A DNA stretch of 60,591 nucleotides from Octopus bimaculoides (taxonomy: Eukaryota). Below, piece by piece: positions 50,300 through 60,591 of the stretch; within the stretch, counting starts at the first letter, position 1, and each line of letters opens with the position of its first letter. The stretch is taken from positions 177,641,684-177,702,274 of the forward strand of contig NC_068981.1 in assembly GCF_001194135.2 (NCBI RefSeq). The letters are read 5' to 3'. The notes below the pieces were generated by a model. It saw nothing but the letters and a program-made list of their open reading frames with translations. It was not told the origin of the DNA and made no database searches. The position numbers and the translations under genes were made by a program.

Positions 50300-52700
50300 G
50301 CCAGCTGGAAATGGTTAATGCCTTCATTGCTTCAGTGGTATACTATTGTCTGTGCATTGCATATTGCAGTGGATTCTCTTTTGCTTCTTGAGGAAGTAAT
50401 AAGAACTTAAGAGAGTCATCTGCTGATAGCATTTTCTCCATGTAGGTCATGGGATGTTGCTAATGACATGAAGTTAAGACATCTGCAGTGATTCACGGAG
50501 TAATATAATGACAAAGATAGTGAACAAGTATGATTACAATTCTTTTCGCAACCAATCTCTTTATACAAGCAAAAGTCCTGAATCAAGTGCAATCTGAGGC
50601 TGGAATGTTGGAGATGTTCACTGCACTCTACCAACTGGACAGTTAGAAGAAAAATTAACTCTTTCAAGGGTTGATGGGTGATGATGGCTTGGGAACAATT
50701 GTGGGTGTCAATGAAGGCAGTCTAAGTAGTCTCTTTTAGAAAACTTTCATTTTAGAGATTATGAACAGTTTTTTAAGTCCTTGACCAGGCAGTGCTATTG
50801 GAGAGATTTGCATATTCTGGACAAGTTCTACAGGTACAGAAGTGCCAACATTTGTGTTGTGACAAGAAATAGTTACCAAAGATCAAATAGTCTTAGTTAA
50901 AAATGTTTAAATTTCAGTAACTGAAGCATAAGTATAAAATACCCCTATTTATAGCAAATGGTTGGCTGCCAGTAAAGCATAATGCACTTGCACTCAGGGT
51001 AGAATAATGACTCAGTAACATTCTGCAGGGTTTTCAATATCGTGTTGTTACATAAAGTAAAATAGTACTGAAGTGAAAAAAAAAAAAAAATTGTTCACCA
51101 TTTCTTATTACCTTCTATGATAGACAAACTTTTTTCAGTTGATGAGAGATTTTGTCTAGGACCAGAAAGTGTTCTGGAGAAGAAAGCAACAGGCTTTATG
51201 AAAATCTGAAAGGTCACTAGACATGGAAATTCCAAAAGCAATTTCAACATATAATCAAACTTAAACGAAGATAAGTGAAAAGGTGAAGCTTTAACTATTA
51301 AAGTTTTAAGCATATTAATAGCCACTAATTATTATTGTTATTATTGCAACAGAAAAATAGAATTTAGTAGTGGGTTGAATAATTTCTGAGAAAGAAAACG
51401 CTCATTAGAATTGTAACTAAACAAACCTAATAGCAGTAGTTGTTTAGCATTGCTAGACATCGCATAATCAACAAGAATTTCAATCTTTCTGGGTCAGATT
51501 GCAGCGAATTATTTTCTGTTTTGTATCCAAGGTAACAAGTATATGTTTGGCAGAAAAGACATTTGTCATTGTTCAATGTAATATTGAGTCTCTTAGTAAC
51601 TGAAATAAATTTAGCCAAGTTCTCATTGTGCCCTTCAATAGTTTTACTAACGACAATAATATTGGCAAGATAAGTGCAAAATCCTTTATATTACTATCAC
51701 TAATTATACCATGAGAAAAGTGCTTCCAACATTGGTCAGACCAAAGGGTAATCTTGTAAATGGGAATAAGTATCCATTAGCTTGAAATGTAGTGTATTTC
51801 TTATCACCATTGTAAAGGGCAATCAGATGGTAACACTGCTTTCAAATCTTGTTTGCAGTAGAATTTATTGTAGGAAACAGCACATATGTTGTCTTCAATT
51901 TTACAAATTGGATAGGCATCTAGAAAGCAGTAACAAGATATCATTAATAAACAATTGATGACAAGAAATTGTCTACTGCCACTTCTTACTACAATTATTT
52001 GTGCCCAGCATGGAGAGTTAGAGGTTTCAATGATATCAAGAACTCTTAAACTATATTTCTTAATAAGACACTTCATTAAACTGTGAAAAGGGTCCAGATT
52101 TAGAAGCAATTGGTTTCAAATCATTGTGTAGGGAAGAAAATATGGGAATGGATCATCAACATAGGAACAAATCTAGTAATGGTAAGATTTTTAAAAATAA
52201 TCTCCAAATTTAAATATCACAGGGTTGTATCATATAAGAAAATCATGTCCTAGAATGATAGAGGAATACAATTTAGGCAAAACATTTAAATGCACCTTTT
52301 CACACACACACATACACACAAGGAGATGTTTGAACTACAAAAAGATGAAGAAATACCCAGCATAGACCAAGTTGCCAGGCCAATTTGAAGACATTGGCGA
52401 GATGTTGGAAGTGAGGAATTCTTGTAAACGTTTTCACCAATGAAACTGGTGACATTACTTGAATCAATTAAAGCATCAGTTTGTTGGCCACCATTTATAT
52501 GCTGATGGTAGCTTTTCTCAAGTCCATTTCATTGAGTAAAAAGGGAGAAGTTAGCTTCCAATGTGATTTACAAATAAAAGGTGAGTTCGTGCAGTGAGAT
52601 TGATGATGCTAATGGGCTTATTCTGATTATTCAATCAAGAAGAAAGAAATTGGAAGAGAGCAGTTTTGTCTCTCATTCATCAAAATAGTTTGTATAAAGA
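50300..52700 (-). mobile_element. Decayed Ty3/Gypsy pol remnant (protease, RT, possibly integrase)
   Basis: ALIDSS (protease, ~52460), IIETSNSPCWAQ...LDAYPICKIED...DLK (RT, 51804-52109), LNNDKCLF..YLGY...DPERL (RT end, 51427-51618). The integrase part is only suggestive and no LTRs were found. Confidence 0.75.
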
Positions 52701-54759
52701 TTTTCCCTCAAATTACTTTAGATAGCTTTCTGGCCATTCTGAGGAGCTGTTCTTGTGTATATTTTATTATTACCTGTTTATATTTTTTTGTTAATTTCTA
52801 ATACTTTCTCTCCAATGTCTTGTATTTCATCTTTATACTGTCACCAACACCTTTGGCCCTTTTGACTAACAAAAGAAATCAGGCAACAAGCTAGCAGAAT
52901 TGTTACATCATTGGAAAAAATGTCTTGTAGCATTTGTTTCATTACTTTTATATTCTGAGTTCAAATCCTGCCAAGATCAACTTTATCTTTTCATCCTTCA
53001 AGGGTTAATAAAATAAAGTATCAGTAAAGTTTTAAGGTCAATCTAATCAACTAACCACCACCCTCTCTAAAATTGCTGGCCTTTTTGTCCAAATTTAAAT
53101 CTATTATTACTGTTTGTCTTTTAGCAGTAGTTGGTGCTGTTGTTATCATTGTAGTTATTGTTGTGCTTTGAGGAAACTGGACATGTTCAGACATAGCTCC
53201 ACGGAAAGGTCAGATTATGGTGTTTCTACTGAGAGAAATAAAAATCATTATTATTATTACACACAATGTTAGCAACAGTCATTGTTCTTTGGAATATTTG
53301 AATACCTACAACATTTATCATGAGGTAGAAAAAATATTTGTTTTAGGATATTTTTGCTTTATTTGGTAAATATTCACTTGTGTTACAAAATGCATTGTTG
53401 TTCATCTGGCTAACATGCTCCCAAGAATTTTGATCAAGTTTTGGGAAAATTTTTTAAATATGAACATGAATTTTTAAAAAATTAATTTCACAAAGAGATA
53501 GAAAATAAAATAACAGTTAACCAAATACAGATATTTGCACTACACAGAAATATGATATTTTAAAACGTGGTAACCAACAATGAAAACAGTAGCAAAGGCT
53601 GCGAAACTTTTGGTAATATTACCTACAATTAAATACTTATGAAAATGGGTCAATTCACAGGAAAAATAAATTAATAAATAAAGACTGTAGGACAATTATG
53701 TCACAAAATCTACCACTTTGCTTGACTATTTTTTCAAGAAAGAACAAGAAGAAAAGTGACCAACTTCTTGCCTATCAAAAAGAAGAAAGGTTTTTCAGTG
53801 TGCCCTCAAAGGAACAGTTAGAAAACCCTTGGCTGATGTATGGAATATTTTGGTTTCTACTGAACAAGGAAGGGAATATGTAGAAGTTCTTTACAACTGA
53901 GAATGAGGCAAGAAAATAGGATGAGTTGGTCTGCAACACACCTGCCCCATAGACTTATGTCCCAATATATGATATTCTGAAACACAAGAGGCACAGTCAG
54001 AGACATTGGCAGTAATACAGATCCTTGGCTCATCATCACATGTGCAGTGCATTAAAGGCAAGTTGTGAGCGAGAAGATGATGCTTGCAACATGTGGTCTG
54101 TGGGATTTGCAGGTACACACAGGTCCTGATCACCAAAGACCATAGAACCATTCAAGAGCTGTGTCCTATGGCAGTTGTAAAAAGAAAAGTGATACAACAG
54201 GTGGTGCAGGACAAAAAGTTCAGAGCAGCGAGAGCAACAATACCAATGGGAAAGAGAAAATGAATAACAACGATACTTTTGATACCAGCTTAATGACAAG
54301 TCAGCTGAATATTACAGCACCAAGTACACTGTCATATAGCTTATACAGCATTAGCAACAACAATGGCAGTAACTATATCAGGTGGGAATGGACTTATGAA
54401 ATAGAAAAGAAAATGGGCAATCAAGAAGAAAGTTTTGAGGATTTGTATGAAATGAGAGCAGAAAATTAGCCTTAGATATGTCCCCAAAATTGAAGGAAAA
54501 TGTCTAAAAACAAGATGACTTACTGATGCATAGGCATGAAAAGTTGATGGATAGAAAGGCTAATATATACACAAGTATTGAGGTATCTGAAACAAAAATA
54601 ACAAAAGAGTAAAAAGTAACTTTCAAAACTTGAATTGAGGCAATGTGGATCCATGAAGGTCAGATTTCTTTCTGACAAGCTTGTTCACAGCATCAGATAA
54701 GAATGAGGAATCCATCCTCATTCTATCACATATATTGGTTGGCAAGTAACAAAAGAGAC

Positions 54760-55045
54760 AGTGGTAGATGTGTCATCAAGAGAAAATATCAGATGGTTAG
54801 TTGCAGTGACAAAGGTGGGTAAGGCAACTATCTTGGAGGTTTGCAAAGTATGTCAGAAGAACTGGCTGGAAACAGGAATGGAACTTCTGATCCAAACAAA
54901 TCAGAAAAAGGTTGGAAACATCCCTGACCTTATTGAGCTGCAAAGTAACATCAAGCTGTTTGTACTAATGGAAGGGAGAAAATTGATGTGCCACACATGT
55001 GGCACTGCTAACCACCTACAGAAGAGAAAAAAAGGGACACATTGA
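54760..55045 (+). mobile_element. Possible LINE ORF1 (gag-like zinc knuckle) remnant
   Basis: VLMEGRKLMCHTCGTANHL resembles V.GRRP.C..CG..GH. The final Cys is absent. A similar decayed motif lies at ~49030-49085. Confidence 0.35.
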
Positions 55046-56541
55046 TACTAACCCCTCAACTATAACAACAATCACAATATTTAAAACATCAGCATCAGCC
55101 ATAGCAACGATAGTATCATTTACAGCAGCAGCAGAACCTGCCATCCCAATAAAAAGTAGACTTCAGCAAAACAGAAACATGCATATGCAGAGAATTTAAC
55201 TCCCACTGCCATAAACCTCTCCAATTCTAAGACAGGGACATGTGAAGGGGTTGAGATGTTACATTGAAAGTTACATTGTAAGAAATCTTTGTCAAGTGAA
55301 AATAAGAAATAGCTGGAAAATAAAATGGTTTCAAGCCAAAATATTAGACAAAGTAACAACTCAACAAATGGCCATACAACCAGACTAACACCACCACCAT
55401 CGTAACAAGAACAACAGCAACAATAACAGCCAAACCCTCAACCATGTCAACAACAGAAGCAGCAACAGGGCAAACACACAAACAAAACCACCACAATAAC
55501 AACAAAAAAAACAACAACAAAAATGAAACAACAGTAATAATAATGACAGAAGCCAACACACACACACACACACACACACATGCAAAAGAAAAAAATTAAG
55601 AAAATCCTCTTTTACTGTACAATTTTAAATATTTGTTTACTTTTTGAGATTCATAGAAAACAATACAAAAATCTACAAGAAACATTACTCCAGTCTACTT
55701 CATTGAAAATGGGTGCCAGCTTAATGTTGGTGCAACCTTCTCTCCTTCTAGCCATCACATCCTAGAGGTTTCACTGGATCAATGGGTGGGAGAGCCAAGA
55801 GAATATCTATATCTGCTTGCAACTACGTTGGTACATAACACAATTAGCAAGAACTAGGTACATGCTACCAGGTCATACATGCTTCTGAGAGATGGCTATG
55901 GCTTATTCTTATTTTATTTTATTTTTTACAATAAAAGCACAGCAACAGTAATTCATATTTTTCTAGCATTGCAAATCAAAAAGAAATACTAGACATCAGT
56001 CAATTCCAGTAAAGGAAAAAACATGGAAAAAGCAGTATTTCCTTACTTGGAAAGAGTGTGAAGGTGGGTAACAAACATCTGCACCAAAATTTGAAACCAT
56101 TATTATTATCATTAAGGTAATGAGATGGTAGAATCATTACTGCACTGGACAAAATACTTAGAGACATTTTTTCCAATTTTACATTCTATGTTCAAATTCC
56201 ACTGAAGTCATCTTTGCCTTTCATCCTTTTGGGGTCAATAAAGTACCAGTCAAGCATGAGGATTGATATAATCAACTTACTCCTCCCCACAAATTTCAGG
56301 CCTTGTGCCTGTACTAGAAAGGACTATTATTATTTTATCATCATCAACATCATCATTAGGCAGTAGACTGATATAATCACAAGAGCATTAGACAAAATAC
56401 TTTATGGTAGTTCAAATCCTGCCAAGGTCTACTTTGCCTTTCATCTTTTGGAAATCAATAAATAAAGTAACAGTCAAGTGCTGGGTTGATATAACCAACT
56501 CTCTTCTCTATCCTCAAAATTGCTTGCTTTTACTAAATTGG

Positions 56542-57660
56542 ATGATGGAGTGCTTTTGCACAGTAGAAGTGAAGGGAAACTGTTCAATCTCTCGCGTCTG
56601 CATGCCAAGACCAAAATCAGAAGCGTCCTGATCAAGGAGATGCTCTTTGCTGATGATGCCGCTCTGGTATCGCACACAGAAGAAGCACTGCAAAGGCTCA
56701 TCAACTGCTTTGAGCAAGCATGTAGCGACTTTGGCTTAATTATCAGCCTCAAGAAGACCAACATCGTGAGTCAGGCTACATCGGACATCCCAAACATACA
56801 TATTGGAGACCACAGACTACAGGTGGTGGAGAAATTTACCTATCTTGGCTCTACCATCACCTACAACCTATCCCTTGATGCCGAGCTCAATATACACATT
56901 GGCAAGGCAGCTGCTGTGATGGCCCAACTCTCCAAATGGGCATGGGACAACAATAAGCTGATCAAGACCACAAAAATGAAGATTTACCAGGCATGTATAC
57001 TTAGCACTCTACTGTATGGCAGTGAAACCTGGATGCCATACACACGCCAAGAGCGTCGCCTAAATATCTTTCACCTGTGCTGCCTCCGGAAAATCCTTGG
57101 CATCAAATGGCAGAATCGTGTCCCCAACAAAGATGTCCTCAAGCAAGCAGGAATACCAAGCATATTTGCACTCCTCACACAAAGACATATGAGATGGCTT
57201 GCACATGTTAGTCGTATGGAAGATGGCAGAATCCTCAAGGACATACTCTATGGAGAGCTTACTAGAGGCACTAGGTCTGTGGGAAGACCGTTCTTACGAT
57301 ACAAGGATGTTTGCAAAAGGGACATGAAGGCCTGCGACATCAATATTAGCAACTGGGAAGCAATTGCCAGCAACCGTAGAGATTGATGACGCATCATAGA
57401 AGATGGAACACAAAGGAGTGACAGAGGGAGAGAGGAGAAATGGAAAGACAAGAAAAGACGTCAACAAGAAACTATGACATTACAACCAGCCAGGCAAAGC
57501 CTTCGCTACAGTTGAGTCCCCTGCCAGAGGCAGTGTTTGTCCAGGCTAGGACTACGCAGCCACAGCAGGAGATGCATTAGGACATGAAATGTAAAAACCA
57601 GACTAGATTATTTTATGCACAACTCCATTGTCTCCTGAGACAAAAAGGACGCCAACAACA
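56542..57660 (+). mobile_element. 5'-truncated RTE-BovB-like LINE (family 2) with perfect 10-bp TSD
   Basis: Open frame 56520-57386 reads KLFNLSRL.AKTK...LFADD...GL.ISLKKT...FTYLGS...LLYGSETW...RWLAHV.RM. The C-terminal SRLGLRSHSRRC remnant and a CAA tail follow. TSD ACTAAATTGG at 56532-56541 and 57661-57670. Confidence 0.95.
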
Positions 57661-58176
57661 ACTAAATTGGAAACAATTATTAAGGGTCATGGAAAGTACA
57701 GAACTGTTAGAGTGTCAGACTAAATTCTTTGCAGTACTTACATAGCTGCTCTACTCTTATTTGCACAAGTCTATGTATCTCATTAAGATGAATTTTGTTT
57801 TCCATCTCACTGGGGACAATAAAATGAAGCACTGCCCAAGTGCAGGGGTCAACGGTGTTGACTAGACCACCCCTTCCCTTGAAATTTCTGGGCATCTACC
57901 TATGTAAGAAACAATTATTATATTTTTATTATTGGCAGAATTGGAAGATCCTGAACAAAATTCGTTTGTAGCATTTAGTTATCTCCCTTTGTAGTCTGAG
58001 TTGGAAACCTACTGAGGCTGACCTTATCCTTTCATTCTTCTGCAAGTCAATAAAATAAGTACCAGTCAAGTACTGAAGCTGATTTAATTGACTATTACCC
58101 CACCTTCCTTAAAACTGAGGCTTTGTGTCTGTATAAGAAATCCTTGTTATTATTACTGATGCTGATACCTCTCTCT

Positions 58177-58258
58177 ATATGTGTGTGTGTGTGTGTGTTT
58201 TTGTGTGTGTGTGTGTTTGTGTGTGTGTGTTTGTTTGTGTGTGTGTGTGTGTGTGTGG

Positions 58259-58289
<31 letters not shown>

Positions 58290-58292
58290 TCA
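58177..58292. repeat. Interrupted (TG)n microsatellite
   Basis: Seen directly. Confidence 0.95.
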
Positions 58293-58407
58293 CATATATA
58301 ATTTTCATTCTAAGGGTGTGTTTGCACAGCAACAGTGTCAAAAGAACATTGCTTGCTTAGTTGAGATTTAGAACTTGAACTGAAAGAAAAATAAAAAAGA
58401 ATTTAAA

Positions 58408-58544
58408 ATATATACATATATATATATACATATACATGTATACATATACACATATATACATATACATATATATGTACATATACATATATATATACATATA
58501 TATATACATATATATATCTATATATATATGCACATATATATACA

Positions 58545-58594
<50 letters not shown>

Positions 58595-59429
58595 CACATA
58601 TGTATATACATATATATACATATATATATACATATACATATATATATACACACACACATATATATATACATACACATATATACATATATATACATACATA
58701 TATATACATATATATATATATACATATATACATACATATATATACAAATATAAACATATATACATATATATATATACATACATACATATGCTTATATATC
58801 TATATATACATANNNNNNNNNNNNNNNNNNNNNNNNNNNNNNNNNNNNNNNNNNNNNNNNNNNNNNNNNNNNNNNNNNNNNNNNNNNNNNNNNNNNNNNN
58901 NNNNNNNNNNNNNNNNNNNNNNNNNNNNNNNNNNNNNNNNNNNNNNNNNNNNNNNNNNNNNNNNNNNNNNNNNNNNNNNNNNNNNNNNNNNNNNNNNNNN
59001 NNNNNNNNNNNNNNNNNNNNNNNNNNNNNNNNNNNNNNNNNNNNNNNNNNNNNNNNNNNNNNNNNNNNNNNNNNNNNNNNNNNNNNNNNNNNNNNNNNNN
59101 NNNNNNNNNNNNNNNNNNNNNNNNNNNNNNNNNNNNNNNNNNNNNNNNNNNNNNNNNNNNNNNNNNNNNNNNNNNNNNNNNNNNNNNNNNNNNNNNNNNN
59201 NNNNNNNNNNNNNNNNNNNNNNNNNNNNNNNNNNNNNNNNNNNNNNNNNNNNNNNNNNNNNNNNNNNNNNNNNNNNNNNNNNNNNNNNNNNNNNNNNNNN
59301 NNNNNNNNNNNNNNNNNNNNNNNNNNNNNNNNNNNNNNNNNNNNNNNNNNNNNNNNNNNNNNNNNNNNNNNNNNNNNNNNNNNNNNNNNNNNNNNNNNNN
59401 NNNNNNNNNNNNNNNNNNNNNNNNNNNNN

Positions 59430-59460
<31 letters not shown>
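58408..59460. repeat. Compound (TA)/(TACA)/(CA) microsatellite spanning a gap
   Basis: Seen directly; source of many YI/HT pseudo-ORFs. Confidence 0.95.
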
Positions 59461-59462
<2 letters not shown>

Positions 59463-60324
59463 CTTAATCTCTATGGTTTCTCATTCTCTTCTTTCCTCCA
59501 GGCATTTTGCTTGTTTGTGTTAACTACCACCAACAACACCACCACTGCTGCCAATAACACCTTCTCCTTTCATCTCCCCACCCGCCGCTTCTATCTTTTT
59601 CTCTGTCTTTATTGCTCTTCTTGTTGGGCATCTCTTTCAAATAATAAGAAAGTTAACACCAACAAGCTCATTCGTTTGCCGTCATGCAAAATTACATAGT
59701 GTGGTAAATATTTTATTATTGCCTTTATAAAACTTTATGTAATAAACATTCACATTATCAATGTTTCTATATATTATTATTTTTCAGATATTTCCATAAT
59801 AAAACATGCAGTTGCCCACAGAATTGCAAACAGAATGACTTTGAAGCTTGCACCAAGCAGTTGCAGGAGAGTGCTTGGATGCAGTGGGGGTGGACTAAGG
59901 TGCAGGGGAAGGTGGTGGTAGTGGTGATGGCAGTGTTGGGGGATGTCAGATTTAGGATGGAAGAAATACATTTTCCAAATATTTTAAATTAATTCTGAAA
60001 GTGAGTTCAATACTTTATCAGCTTTGAGTAAATGATTTAATTTTTAAAATTTTTCTTTTTTTTTTTTTTTTTTTACATGTCAAAAATATCTTTACAATAT
60101 CTCTAAGGTACCACATCTCATAAACAAGAAGAGAAACAACAAGAATAATAACCACAACTACAACAAGCACAACAACAATAATCAATTCAGCAAAAGAAAA
60201 ACAAAAAAAGAAAAGTCGTTGGCATGGCAACACTGATAACATAAACAAGCAATGTGATAGTAATAACAATGCTAATACATTAGTATACCGTACTGTAATA
60301 ATATCAACAACAATCAGTAACTAA

Positions 60325-60591
60325 CCACCACTGCTGTCACCACCACCACCACCACCACCATCAGAACTATCACCTACACAACACTACCACTGCTACTAAC
60401 ACACTACTACTTTGGCTAACATCATCAAGACTACTGTTGCTGCTACCATCACCATAACACCAGCACCACCACACCACCATCATTGTTACTATCATCATCA
60501 TTGTCATCATCACCACTATTATCACTGCCACTACCACCACTAACAGCATCATCATTTCTACCACCACCACCACCACCACCACCACCACCAC
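60325..60591. repeat. Degenerate (CAC/CAT/TAC)n trinucleotide tract
   Basis: Seen directly. Confidence 0.9.

Noticed and set aside
59502-59699. Strong acceptor TCTTCTTTCCTCCAG with an open frame
   Set aside because: The downstream frame is low-complexity (ACC/AAC and CT-rich), with no donor and no recognisable product.

Overview
This is AT-rich eukaryotic genomic DNA with assembly gaps (N-runs near 0.6, 15.5, 25.1, 44.5, 46.0 and 58.8 kb) and many microsatellites. The mix of RTE, CR1 and L1-Tx1 LINE remnants, tRNA-derived SINEs with microsatellite cores and Penelope-type ends resembles an octopus/cephalopod genome (inference, not a database hit). I could not recognise any host protein-coding gene. 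Almost all ORFs in the track are microsatellite read-throughs or decayed transposon ORFs. A few unassigned candidate exons are reported at low confidence. The window is mostly a fossil record of mobile elements: RTE LINEs of two families, CR1/Jockey-like and L1-Tx1 remnants, a Gypsy pol remnant, a Tc1 (DD34E) element with both TIRs, a maT-like remnant, hAT and piggyBac-type MITEs, and four SINE families. Best leads: (1) a 215-bp TSD-flanked Penelope/retrozyme-like insertion containing a minimal type-I hammerhead ribozyme fold; (2) two SINE-LINE 3'-tail partnerships visible within the window; (3) a 296-bp near-perfect palindrome with nested hairpins; (4) a young BovB-like RTE with a perfect TSD; (5) a CpG-retaining promoter-like patch followed by phase-compatible candidate exons. 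There is no CRISPR array or prokaryotic system.
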